Assembly: GCA_964480425.1 (NCBI GenBank)
Contig: CAYZPY010000001.1
Location: 1-58,515 of the forward strand
Direction: 5' to 3'
Source of the DNA: an uncultured Planctomycetaceae bacterium
Lineage (GTDB): Bacteria > Planctomycetota > Phycisphaerae > SM23-33
Length of the DNA stretch: 58,515 nucleotides
Shown here: positions 16,946-26,008 of the stretch, in pieces
How the letters are laid out: every line of letters begins with the position of its first letter
How positions within the stretch are numbered: position 1 is the first letter of the stretch
Position numbers and translations under genes: made by a program
Notes under the pieces: model-generated
The model's input: only the letters and a program-made list of their open reading frames with translations
Databases searched by the model: none
What the model was told of the DNA's origin: nothing

Positions 16946-18377
16946 GAGGCGGAATTTTCTACGTGTGATGGGAAGCGCAGCCGTTATGGGCGGCGACCTG
17001 GGTCGATTGGCGGGAGCGAAAAATACGACGTCCCCCCGGCCGAATATTCTGTTCATAATGGCCGACGACCTCGGCAAGGAATGGATAAGTTGCTACGGCG
17101 CCGAAGGCGTCGAGACGCCCAACATCGACAAACTCGCCGAGGGGGGCATGCGATTCGAGAACGCCTATTCCATGCCGCAGTGCACGCCGACGCGCGTAAC
17201 GCTGCTGACCGGGCAGTATCCCTTCCGCCACGGCTGGACCAACCACTTCGACGTTCCGCGGTGGGGCAGCGGTTGTCACTTCGACGAGAACCTCAACGCC
17301 TCCTTCGCGCGCGTGCTTCGCGCGACGGGCTACGCCACCGCAATCGCCGGCAAGTGGCAGATAGACGACTTCCGTCTCGAACCCGATGCGCCGGACAAGG
17401 CCGGCTTCGACAAATGGTGCATGTGGACCGGCGGGGAGGGGAACAATCCAAAATCCGACAGGCGCTACTGGGACCCGTACGTCCACCAGGGCAGTAAAAG
17501 CCGCACGCGCAAGGGCGAGTTCGGACCGGACGTCTACTGCGACTTCCTGATGGATTTCATGCGAAAAAACAGGACCTCGCCCATGCTGCTTTACTACCCG
17601 ATGTGCCTGACGCACAGCCCGTTTGTGCCCACTCCCGACGCGCCCGACGCCTCAGGCGGGCAGGCGCGATACAAGGCGATGGTCCGCTACGCCGATAAAC
17701 TCGTCGCCCGACTGGTGGGTGATGAACTTGAGACGCTGGGACTGCGCGATAACACCATCGTCATCTTCACCACCGATAACGGCTCGCCGAGGAAAGTTAC
17801 CGGCGCGCGCAACGGGCACAGGGTAAAAGGCGCAAAGGGGCAGATGAACGAGTCCGGGACCGCCATGCCTTTTATCGTCAACTGCCCCGGTCTGGTGCCC
17901 GAAGGCGTGGTCACCGACGCCCTGACCGACTTTACGGACATCCTCCCGACGTTCGCCGAACTGGCCGGGACCGAGTGCAACGACAAGTTCGTCGTGGACG
18001 GGCGTTCCATTGCGCCGTTGATACTGGGCCGCGCCGACGACTCCCCGCGCAAGTGGATAATGTCGATGGGCGGGCGCGAGGCGAAGTTCCGCGACAACCG
18101 CGTGGTCCCCGCACAGGAATATGACGACCGCGTCATCCGCGACAAGCGATGGAAACTTTGGGTGAGCACGGAGCGCCGGGCGGTTAAACTTTTCGATCTG
18201 AAAAACGACCCGTGGGAAACGAAAAACCTCATAGACGCCGACGACCCGCAGGCGAGGGCGGCGAAGGAAAAACTCTGGTCCGTCATAAAAAAGATGCCCA
18301 AAAAGGACGCCGCGCCGCGTTATAATCCCAATCCCGAACAACTGTGGGACCGTTTCGATTACAAGGCCCCGTCTTGA
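16941..18377 (+). CDS. Cys-type sulfatase (arylsulfatase A / S1 family) with a twin-arginine signal
   Basis: The ATG at 16941 gives MERRNFLRVMGSAAVMGG, a TAT-like RRxFL signal. It has the formylglycine motif C-T-P-T-R in SMPQCTPTRVTLLTGQYP, plus PNILFIMADDLG and FTTDNG. The ORF-track start at 16920 is a GTG 7 codons upstream. Confidence 0.93.
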   Translation: MERRNFLRVMGSAAVMGGDLGRLAGAKNTTSPRPNILFIMADDLGKEWISCYGAEGVETPNIDKLAEGGMRFENAYSMPQCTPTRVTLLTGQYPFRHGWTNHFDVPRWGSGCHFDENLNASFARVLRATGYATAIAGKWQIDDFRLEPDAPDKAGFDKWCMWTGGEGNNPKSDRRYWDPYVHQGSKSRTRKGEFGPDVYCDFLMDFMRKNRTSPMLLYYPMCLTHSPFVPTPDAPDASGGQARYKAMVRYADKLVARLVGDELETLGLRDNTIVIFTTDNGSPRKVTGARNGHRVKGAKGQMNESGTAMPFIVNCPGLVPEGVVTDALTDFTDILPTFAELAGTECNDKFVVDGRSIAPLILGRADDSPRKWIMSMGGREAKFRDNRVVPAQEYDDRVIRDKRWKLWVSTERRAVKLFDLKNDPWETKNLIDADDPQARAAKEKLWSVIKKMPKKDAAPRYNPNPEQLWDRFDYKAPS

Positions 18378-18389
18378 CCGGTCGGGCAG

Positions 18390-18420
18390 CGGACGTGCGA
18401 CGTGAAAGGAAGATAATGGA
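18390..18420 (+). repeat. 31-bp exact direct repeat, copy 2, lying 13 nt after the sulfatase stop; an orphan leader/start remnant
   Basis: Identical to 16915-16945. Its ATG opens only a 51-codon Arg-rich ORF (MDGCVGSARLNPPGRRQRR…) with no sulfatase similarity. Confidence 0.9.
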
Positions 18421-18611
18421 CGGGTGCGTAGGGTCGGCGAGATTGAACCCGCCCGGGCGAAGACAGCGAAGAACCCGCCGCCGCACGCAAAAAGTTGCTC
18501 CGGCGGATGGACCCGCCGCTGTCGAAGAAATCCAGAGCACAACCCGACTAATGTCGTTTTTAATATAATTCAAAGGCGGAGAAAACTTATTACGACAACC
18601 ACGCCGGGCGA

Positions 18612-19259
18612 GTGACCATGTACCGGAATCGATCACAGGCGGGCAAGCATCTTGCCGAGGCACTGGAACCCTACAAGGGCGCCGGCGCCCTTGTCCTCGG
18701 GCTTCCCCGCGGCGGGGTGGAGGTCGCATACGAAATCGCCGAGGCGCTCGACGCCGAACTGGACGTGCTTGTCGTGCGTAAACTCGGCGCCCCGCAGAAC
18801 CCGGAACTGGGACTGGGTGCGATAGCGTCCTACGGGGCGAGGTTCATCGACGACGACATCGTCAGCGCTTTGAACGTGCCGGCCGGGACGCTGGAGCGAA
18901 TCGAGCAGGACGAGCGCCGGGAGATGCACCGTCGCCAGTCGGCGTATCGCGGCGACGCGGAGCCCCCGCGTCTGCAAGGGCGCACCGTAATCATCGTTGA
19001 CGACGGCATAGCCACCGGAGGCACGGCGATGGCCGCCATCCGCGCGGTGCGAACGTTAAAGCCCCAACGCATAATCCTGGCGGTTCCCGTCGCCCCGCCG
19101 GATTCGGTGGAGAAATTGAAACCCCTGGTAGACGAACTGGTTTGCCCCTGCACGCCCGAGCCGTTCATGGCCATCGGGCAGTGGTACGAGCAGTTCGACC
19201 AGACTTCCGATAAGCGCGTCATCGAGTTGCTGCAAAGACGGCGGGCTGAAGCAACATAG
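18612..19259 (+). CDS. Phosphoribosyltransferase-family protein (type I PRTase fold)
   Basis: 215-aa ORF with GLPRGGVEVAYEIA and the PRPP loop VIIVDDGIATGGT. The start is either the GTG at 18612 or the ATG at 18618. Confidence 0.85.
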   Translation: MTMYRNRSQAGKHLAEALEPYKGAGALVLGLPRGGVEVAYEIAEALDAELDVLVVRKLGAPQNPELGLGAIASYGARFIDDDIVSALNVPAGTLERIEQDERREMHRRQSAYRGDAEPPRLQGRTVIIVDDGIATGGTAMAAIRAVRTLKPQRIILAVPVAPPDSVEKLKPLVDELVCPCTPEPFMAIGQWYEQFDQTSDKRVIELLQRRRAEAT

Positions 19260-19450
19260 GGCGGGATAACACACGCCAAACCTCGTGTTCTGTCTCGAAG
19301 TGCATCGAGACCTCGCAAAACACCTGCCCCGCGGGGCGGGGAGGTGGCGTCGCCGACTGCGCGCGTCCCTGCTTGATTACCGCAGGTAGGCAGGTTGGCA
19401 TGGGAATAATAATATGCCATACTGTACGGGAACTGAGAGGAGACATTGGG

Positions 19451-21409
19451 ATGAGAAAAATCCGTCAATCGCTGGCGTTGCTTGTTTTACTGATCGCCTC
19501 GGCCCCGGCGGCCGCCGAGCCCACACTGGTGGTCGACGTCGCCGAAAAGGGCCATCGCATCAATCCCACCCAGTACGGCGTGTTCTTCGAGGAAATCAGC
19601 CACGCCGGCGACGGGGGCCTCTATGCGGAACTTGTAAAAAACCGCTCGTTCGAAGATTCGCTCAAGAACATCCCGAACTGGTCGCTGTACGAGAAAGGAA
19701 ACGCCCGCGGGAAAATGTCGCTTGAGGCGAAAGACCTGCTGAACGACGCCCAGGCGCGGGCGCTGAAGGTGGCGCTGGCCGGGGCGGGCACACTCGGCGT
19801 GGTCAACGCCGGATACTGGGGCGTCAACGTCCAACAGGGCAAACAATACACGCTGAGGTTCTTCGCAAAATCCGCACTCGGCGAAGGCGCGACTATAACG
19901 GCGATGTTGCAGAACAAGGACCGCTCGGCCGTGTTCGCGGCGCACACGTTCAGGAACCTTGCGCCGGAATGGAAGGAATATTCCGTAAAACTCCGCCCCA
20001 ACGGGACCGAGCACGACGGGCGCCTTGTGCTGGAGATATCATCCCGCCGGGGCGGGGCGGTCATGCTCGACGTGGTCTCGCTGTTCCCCCCCACCTGGAA
20101 GTGCCGCCCCAATGGTACGCGCCCCGACCTGGCGCAGATGATTGCTGACCTGAATCCCGGGGTGATCCGCTTCCCCGGGGGAAGTTACACAAGCACCTGG
20201 CCGGAAAAGGCGCCCGAATGGCTCAAGGAAATCGGACCCGTCGAGCGGCGCGAAGGGCACCCCGCGCCCGGAGAAAAATGCAACTGGGGATATCACTGCA
20301 CGGGGGGGTTCGGCTTCCACGAGTACCTCCAGTTCGCCGAGGACCTCGGTGCCGAACCCATTTACGTATTCCAGGGCGGCGCAGACCCGCGCGCCAAACC
20401 CGATAAACCAAAGACCTACATCAAGGGCGAAGAACTCGACGAACTCATCTGCGAGATACTCGACGGCATCGAGTACGCCAACGGCGGGACCGACACCGAA
20501 TGGGGCGCAAAGCGGGCCGCCAACGGCCACCCCGAACCGTTCGGCATGAAGTACGTCCAGATAGGCAACGAAAACTGGCACAAACCCTTCCACGCCAACT
20601 ACAAAAAGATTTACCGGGCCATCAAGGACAAATATCCCGACATCAAGGTCATCTGGGGCGGCGACTGGATCGGCAACAACCAGTTCGGATACAAGTCCGA
20701 CGGCGTCATGCCGCCCGGTTCAAAGGCCGATATCATCGACGAGCACTATTACAAAAAGGACGATTACTTCTTCGAGAATCCCGACCGCTTCAGCGACGAA
20801 AATTATCCCCGCGACGCGGACCGCCAGGCGAAAATCTTCCTCGGCGAGGCGTCCGCCCTGGGAAACGACCTGCACGCGGCGCTGAAGGAGGCGGCATTCC
20901 TGCCGGGCGCCGAGAAATATTCCGACAAGGTGGTCATGTCCGTCTACGCGCCGCTACTGTGCAACGTCAACTTCAAGAAGTGGAAGGCGAACATGATCTT
21001 CTTCGACAACCACCGCGCCTACGGTACGCCGTCGTACTGGGCTCAACTTATGCTGGGCAACCACGTCGGTGACGTGAACGTGTCCTGCAGCGGACCGGAC
21101 GGGCTTTTGAACAAGTCCCTGTTCGTAAACGCCACGATGGTCGAAGACACCGGCGAGGTCATAGTCAAGATAGTCAACCGCGACGGCGAACAGCATCGGA
21201 TTAAAATCCACGTTCGCGGAACCGGCGCCGACGAGTTCGCCGCGCGCGAAATTACAATGTCCGCGCGAACCAAAAAGGCGCAGAACTCCTTCGAGCAGCC
21301 CGAAAACGTGGCGCCCGTCGAGCGGGCGCCGTTCGCCGTGGCCGGTAAATTCGACTACACCGTCAAGGCAAACTCCTTTACCGTATTGCGTCTCAAGCCC
21401 GCCCGGTGA
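19451..21409 (+). CDS. Alpha-L-arabinofuranosidase, GH51 long form with an N-terminal CBM4/9-like domain
   Basis: The ATG at 19451 has a GGAGA RBS ~9 nt upstream and opens the signal peptide MRKIRQSLALLVLLIASAPAAA. Motifs are YGVFFEEISHAGDGGLYAELVKNRSFE, IRFPGG and the acid/base region YVQIGNENW. The ORF-track start at 19373 seems too long. Confidence 0.88.
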   Translation: MRKIRQSLALLVLLIASAPAAAEPTLVVDVAEKGHRINPTQYGVFFEEISHAGDGGLYAELVKNRSFEDSLKNIPNWSLYEKGNARGKMSLEAKDLLNDAQARALKVALAGAGTLGVVNAGYWGVNVQQGKQYTLRFFAKSALGEGATITAMLQNKDRSAVFAAHTFRNLAPEWKEYSVKLRPNGTEHDGRLVLEISSRRGGAVMLDVVSLFPPTWKCRPNGTRPDLAQMIADLNPGVIRFPGGSYTSTWPEKAPEWLKEIGPVERREGHPAPGEKCNWGYHCTGGFGFHEYLQFAEDLGAEPIYVFQGGADPRAKPDKPKTYIKGEELDELICEILDGIEYANGGTDTEWGAKRAANGHPEPFGMKYVQIGNENWHKPFHANYKKIYRAIKDKYPDIKVIWGGDWIGNNQFGYKSDGVMPPGSKADIIDEHYYKKDDYFFENPDRFSDENYPRDADRQAKIFLGEASALGNDLHAALKEAAFLPGAEKYSDKVVMSVYAPLLCNVNFKKWKANMIFFDNHRAYGTPSYWAQLMLGNHVGDVNVSCSGPDGLLNKSLFVNATMVEDTGEVIVKIVNRDGEQHRIKIHVRGTGADEFAAREITMSARTKKAQNSFEQPENVAPVERAPFAVAGKFDYTVKANSFTVLRLKPAR

Positions 21410-21439
21410 TTCCAGGCAAACTGGTGCGAAAGGATTAAT

Positions 21440-22555
21440 ATGAACAGACGAGAATTTCTCCAAACCGCCTCGCTGGGCGCCGCGGCAGTCGCCACCGGCG
21501 CCCTGCACCGGCCGCTGCACGAATCCCAACGCGAGCAGGTCATCAGCGATTTCGAAAAACGTCTTTGGCCCGTCGGGCGCGTGCTGGACGTAAAGGACAC
21601 GCACGTGTGGGGCTGCTCGCCGGTGGACGGGCCCGACGGTAAGGTTCACCTGTTCTTCGCCAACTGGAAAGGCGGGCACGGCGGGTGGATAACCAAGTGC
21701 AGGGTCGGGCACGCAGTGTCCGAAAAGCCCGAGGGACCGTTTGAGGTCCTCGACGACGCGGTGCTCAAAGGTCGCGGCGGCGACCACTGGGACGCCTCCA
21801 CAATCCACAACCCCACCATCCACAAGGTCGGCGACCGATACGCCCTTTTCTACATCGGAAGCAGCACCGCAATCGCCAAAAAGCAAAAACTCCACATCGC
21901 CAGCACGCAGCGGATAGGGCTGGCGATGGCCGATAAAATCGACGGGCCGTTCCGGCGCGTCGGCGAGGGTCCTATCTTCGACGTCAATCCCGAAAAGCCC
22001 GCATGGGACGATTACATCGTGGTAAACCCGGCACTGCTGAAGCACCCCAACGGGCAGTTCTGGCTGTACTACAAGGCGTGGGACCAGCACCAGGAATTCC
22101 CCGAATCCCAGCGTCGAAAGCGGCGCAAGGGTCTGCGGAAGTTAGGCCTGGCCGTCGCGGACAGAATCGAGGGCCCCTACCGTCGCCACCCCCAGAATCC
22201 CATCGTCGATTTTCACCGGCTCGGTCAGGTCTGGCTGGAGGACCCGTACGTGTTCATGGAAGGCGATAAATTCTACATGATCGCCCGCGACATGTATTAC
22301 TACAACACGCAGGTCGGGCTGCTGTTCGAATCCGACGACGGCGTCCACTGGTCCAAACCCAAGGTCGGATACAAGCGGGCGAGTGAATACTTCGGCCACG
22401 ACGTGCTGCGCTACAAGAATGAGCGATTCGAGCGCCCCCAGGTGCTCGTGCGCGACGGACATCCGGCCTATCTGTACTGCGCGTTTGGAAACCGACGCAA
22501 CTATTCCACCGGCGTAGTGTTCAAGGTAAGACCGAAATCGGAAATTAAATCCTGA
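21440..22555 (+). CDS. Glycoside hydrolase with a five-bladed beta-propeller fold (GH43/GH117-like, clan GH-F) and a TAT signal
   Basis: 371-aa ORF starting MNRREFLQTASLGAAAVATG (twin-arginine). It has propeller-type repeats (HVWGCSPVDGPDGKVHLFF, STIHNPTIHKVGDRYALFYIG, YIVVNPALLKHPNGQFWLYYK, LEDPYVFMEGDKFYMIARD). The exact family is uncertain. Confidence 0.7.
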   Translation: MNRREFLQTASLGAAAVATGALHRPLHESQREQVISDFEKRLWPVGRVLDVKDTHVWGCSPVDGPDGKVHLFFANWKGGHGGWITKCRVGHAVSEKPEGPFEVLDDAVLKGRGGDHWDASTIHNPTIHKVGDRYALFYIGSSTAIAKKQKLHIASTQRIGLAMADKIDGPFRRVGEGPIFDVNPEKPAWDDYIVVNPALLKHPNGQFWLYYKAWDQHQEFPESQRRKRRKGLRKLGLAVADRIEGPYRRHPQNPIVDFHRLGQVWLEDPYVFMEGDKFYMIARDMYYYNTQVGLLFESDDGVHWSKPKVGYKRASEYFGHDVLRYKNERFERPQVLVRDGHPAYLYCAFGNRRNYSTGVVFKVRPKSEIKS

Positions 22556-22586
22556 CCCGCCGACAACTTTTAAGGGAGCATCGAAG

Positions 22587-24962
22587 ATGAATGCCACCAT
22601 AGCAGCGATAATGATTTACGTCTCGGCCGGCGGCGGCGCGGACAACAACCCCGGCACCAGGGAAAAGCCCGTCCGCACGCCGGCGGCGGCGCGGAAAATC
22701 GTCTCAAAACACGACGCGCGCGGCGAGAAGCCCATAGAAGTCGTCCTGGACGGAGGGACTTATTACCTGCCCGAGACGCTGGTCTTCACCGCCGAAGACA
22801 GCGGCGCCAGGGGCGCGCCGGTCATTTACAGGTCCGCCGAAGGTCAGGACGTCATTATCAGCGGCGGAAAGAAGGTCGATCTGGAATGGAAGCCGTACAA
22901 AAACGGCATAATGCAGGCCGGGGTCCCCGACGGCTTCACGTCCGACCAGTTGTTCGTCAACGACAAGCGGCAGCACATGGCCCGGTTCCCCAACTACGAC
23001 CCCGACGCGCAGTACTTCCAGGGCTTCTCCGCCAGGTCCACCTCGACGCAGAAGGTAAAGGAATGGTCCGACCCCGCCGGCGGATACGTTCACGCCATGC
23101 ACCGCAGTCTGTGGGGCGACATGCACTGGAGAATCACCGGAAAGAAAAACGGCGAACTCAAGATGGTCGGGGGCTGGCAGAATAACCGCCAGATGGGCTC
23201 GCATAAAAAATTCCGCTTCGTGGAGAACATCTTCGAGGAACTCGACGCGCCCGGCGAATGGTACCTCGATAAGAAAAAGAACATCCTGTATTTTTATCCG
23301 CCCGAGGGCGTCGACATAAACGACGCCACGGTCGAGGTCGTGCGCCTGGAGCACCTGGTCGAGTTCCGCGGCGATTTGAACAGCCCGGTCAAACATGTCA
23401 ATCTTCAAGGACTCACATTCACTCACACCGCGCGGACGTTCATGGAAAACAAGGAACCCATGGTCCGCAGCGACTGGACCACATATCGCGGCGGGGCGAT
23501 ATTCTTCAACGGGGCAGAGGACTGCGCCGTGGACCACTGCTACATCAGCCAGGTCGGCGGCAATGGCGTGTTCGTCAACAAGTACAACCGGCGCATCTCG
23601 GTCGTCGGTTGCCACATCGCCGAGGCCGGGGCAAGCGCCGTGTCGTTCGTGGGCGACCCAAAGGCGCTGCGCTCGCCGCTGTTCGAGTACCACCAGACAC
23701 AGACGCTCGAAGAGATGGACAAGACGCCCGGACCTAAGACGCCGAACTACCCGGCCGAGTGCCTCGTCGAGAACTGCCTTATCTACCGCAACGGTCGGGT
23801 CGAAAAGCAGACCGCCGGTGTGAACATCGCCATGTCCGAGTCCATAACCATACGCCATTGCAGTATTTACGACTGCCCGCGGGCGGGCATCAACATCTGT
23901 GACGGCGCGTTCGGCGGGTACATCATCGAGTTCAACGACGTCTTCGACACCGTCAAGGAGACCGGCGACCACGGTTCGTTCAACTCCTGGGGTCGCGACC
24001 GCTTCTGGCACCCCGAGCGCGGGCAGACCGTCAGGTGGGTCCAAAAGCACCCCGACATGCCTAAGTGGGACGCACACAAAACCACCGTCATGCGCAACAA
24101 CCGATGGCGGTGCGACCACGGGTGGGACATCGACCTCGACGACGGATCGAGCAATTATGAAATATACAACAACCTATGCCTGGCCGGCGGAATCAAACTC
24201 CGCGAGGGATACTTCAGAAAAGTAGAGAACAACATCCTGGTCAACTACTCCTTCTGCCCGCACGTGTGGTACACCGACTGCCACACAACCTTCAAGAACA
24301 ACATCGTCTGGAAGGACCGCTACTTCCCCGCAGGCATGCGCAGAACCGACCAGGGAGAAAACATCGATTACAACCTCGTCCACAAACAAGGCGCCGAAGG
24401 AACCGAACCCGCCAAGGGGCTGGCCAAGTTCAGCGGCGACGACGAGCACTCCATAATCGCCGACGCGATGTTCGTGGACCCCATCCGCGGCGACTACCGC
24501 GTAAAAGACGGCTCGCCCGCGCTGAAGTTGGGCTTTAAAAACTTTCCCATGGACAGGTTCGGCGTACAAGACCCGGAACTTAAAAAGATAGCCGACACCG
24601 CGCCGCTTCCCGGTACGCTGCGCGCGGCGAAGATACGCAGCGGCGGTTGGGGCAGGCGGTACGAAACGCCGAAGTCCGCACACTGGCTCGGCGCGAATGT
24701 CAAGGAAATCCAGACTCAAGGCGAGATGTCGGCTGTGGGACTGGGCAACAAGAACGGCGTGCTCGTCGTCGACGTCCCGACCGGATCCAAGGCCGCCGAG
24801 GCCGGACTGAAGGAAAACGACGTCATCCGCGCCGTAAACGGCATCGAGATCAGGGACCTCCAGACCTTCGCCGATATATACAAAACCCAGGCCGAAAAAG
24901 GTCCCGTCACGCTTGAACTCTGGCGCGACCAGGGCGAGACGCAAATCAAAATTAAGCCCTGA
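22587..24962 (+). CDS. Right-handed parallel beta-helix repeat protein with a C-terminal PDZ domain
   Basis: 791-aa ORF with an AAGGGAG RBS upstream. The beta-helix N-cap is IYVSAGGGADNNPGTREKPVRT...VVLDGGTYYL...VIYRSAEGQDVIISGG. The PDZ-like C-terminus is GVLVVDVPTGSKAAEAGLKENDVIRAVNGIEIRDLQTF. I see no recognisable signal peptide, and an in-frame TAA at 22545 precludes a longer N-terminus. Confidence 0.8.
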   Translation: MNATIAAIMIYVSAGGGADNNPGTREKPVRTPAAARKIVSKHDARGEKPIEVVLDGGTYYLPETLVFTAEDSGARGAPVIYRSAEGQDVIISGGKKVDLEWKPYKNGIMQAGVPDGFTSDQLFVNDKRQHMARFPNYDPDAQYFQGFSARSTSTQKVKEWSDPAGGYVHAMHRSLWGDMHWRITGKKNGELKMVGGWQNNRQMGSHKKFRFVENIFEELDAPGEWYLDKKKNILYFYPPEGVDINDATVEVVRLEHLVEFRGDLNSPVKHVNLQGLTFTHTARTFMENKEPMVRSDWTTYRGGAIFFNGAEDCAVDHCYISQVGGNGVFVNKYNRRISVVGCHIAEAGASAVSFVGDPKALRSPLFEYHQTQTLEEMDKTPGPKTPNYPAECLVENCLIYRNGRVEKQTAGVNIAMSESITIRHCSIYDCPRAGINICDGAFGGYIIEFNDVFDTVKETGDHGSFNSWGRDRFWHPERGQTVRWVQKHPDMPKWDAHKTTVMRNNRWRCDHGWDIDLDDGSSNYEIYNNLCLAGGIKLREGYFRKVENNILVNYSFCPHVWYTDCHTTFKNNIVWKDRYFPAGMRRTDQGENIDYNLVHKQGAEGTEPAKGLAKFSGDDEHSIIADAMFVDPIRGDYRVKDGSPALKLGFKNFPMDRFGVQDPELKKIADTAPLPGTLRAAKIRSGGWGRRYETPKSAHWLGANVKEIQTQGEMSAVGLGNKNGVLVVDVPTGSKAAEAGLKENDVIRAVNGIEIRDLQTFADIYKTQAEKGPVTLELWRDQGETQIKIKP

Positions 24963-25299
24963 CCGCCGCGTAGGACTCGCCATTGAAAAAGTCGGCAGCG
25001 CAGGAACGCCGCCGACCCAAGTTTGGTTTGGCCGCAACTTGCCCGTTACAGGCGGGCAAAGCCGCTGCAATGAAGCACAATATAAACGTCATTCCCCGCC
25101 CGGTTCCGTCATGGGTGGTCCCCGGCTTTGTTCCCTCCGCTGCCTGAAATACCCGTGCCGGCGTCATGCACGGTATTGTCCCGGATTGGTCCTGTCGGTC
25201 GGGCGTCGTGGCGGTGGACCGGAGTAAAAGGGTCTGTTCGACGAGTGGTGAGGGAGTGAAACAATTTCGGATTCTTAAAAGCGGGGTCTGTTCCTGTTT

Positions 25300-25977
25300 T
25301 CAGACGGGGTGTTTTTTTTCGAAGGCGTATGCGTGGCGGACGACGTCGCCGGTTCGCAGGAAGATGATGTCCTCTGCGATGTTCGTGCACAGGTCGCCGA
25401 TTCGCTCCAGCGAACGGGCGATATTGAGCATTGCGTATGCCCGCTCCACGCCTGCGGTGCGGTGGCTTTCGGCGTCGAGGATGGTCGCGACGAATTCCAT
25501 GTGCGCCTGGTCGACCTGTCGGTCGCTGCTTATGACCCGCCTTGCGGTCTCGGCGTCGGAGGCGTTGAGCATTCTCATGGTCACGCCCAGCATGCCGACG
25601 GTCAGCGAGCGGAGGCGCTGGAAGGCGGCGTCGGTCTCGAGGTCGATGTCGTCCTCGATGACGCGATCGATCTGCTTTGTGATTCCGCAGGCCAGGTCGG
25701 CTATCCGCTCCAGGTCGTTATTGGCCTTGATTATAGTGCAGATGGCACGCAGGTCGATGGCGGCCGGCTGATACAGCGCCAGCATGCGGATGCATTCCTG
25801 TTCGATTTCGACCTCTTCGCGGTCGATGGCGGCGTCCTTGTCGCGAACCCACCGTGCGGTGCGGGCGTCTTTCTGCTCGACGGCGCGCAGAGCATCCATG
25901 ACGGTCTCTTCGACCCTCATTCCCATGTGGTCCAGCCGCAACTGGCATATTTCCAGGCGTCTTTGAAGTTCGGACAT
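25300..25977 (-). CDS. phoU: Phosphate signalling complex protein PhoU
   Basis: Two PhoU repeats (…RIADLACGI… and …LERIGDLCTNIAEDIIF…). I prefer the ATG at 25977, which has a GAGGA RBS 7 nt upstream and does not overlap pstB. The ORF-track start at 26085 would overlap pstB by 77 nt. Confidence 0.9.
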   Translation of the reverse strand: MSELQRRLEICQLRLDHMGMRVEETVMDALRAVEQKDARTARWVRDKDAAIDREEVEIEQECIRMLALYQPAAIDLRAICTIIKANNDLERIADLACGITKQIDRVIEDDIDLETDAAFQRLRSLTVGMLGVTMRMLNASDAETARRVISSDRQVDQAHMEFVATILDAESHRTAGVERAYAMLNIARSLERIGDLCTNIAEDIIFLRTGDVVRHAYAFEKKHPV

Positions 25978-26008
25978 TCCGACGTCCTCGTCTCTGTTTG
26001 ATTCTATA

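Noticed and set aside
18416-18568. The 51-codon ORF opened by the second copy of the sulfatase leader (MDGCVGSARLNPPGRRQRRTRRRTQK…).
   Set aside because: It is Arg-rich and low-complexity with no family resemblance. I treat it as a by-product of the duplicated leader rather than a gene.
18612-19259. The phosphoribosyltransferase gene as a possible defence-system effector or part of a mobile insertion within the glycan locus.
   Set aside because: No partner genes (reverse transcriptase, nuclease, ATPase, integrase) or flanking repeats other than the sulfatase leader repeat are present. Stand-alone PRTase-family genes of this size are common housekeeping or accessory genes.
19292-19311. The hairpin GTCTCGA-agtgca-TCGAGAC downstream of the PRTase gene, considered as a terminator.
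   Set aside because: It has only 7 bp and is not followed by a T-run. Confidence is too low to annotate.
25039-25059. A 7-bp hairpin (TTGCCCG-ttacagg-CGGGCAA) in the convergent spacer between the beta-helix/PDZ gene and phoU, considered as a terminator. The 10-bp direct repeat GGGTCTGTTC at 25230 and 25284 was considered too.
   Set aside because: The stem is short and no U-tract follows on either strand. The 10-mer repeat is too short to be significant without a genome-wide count.
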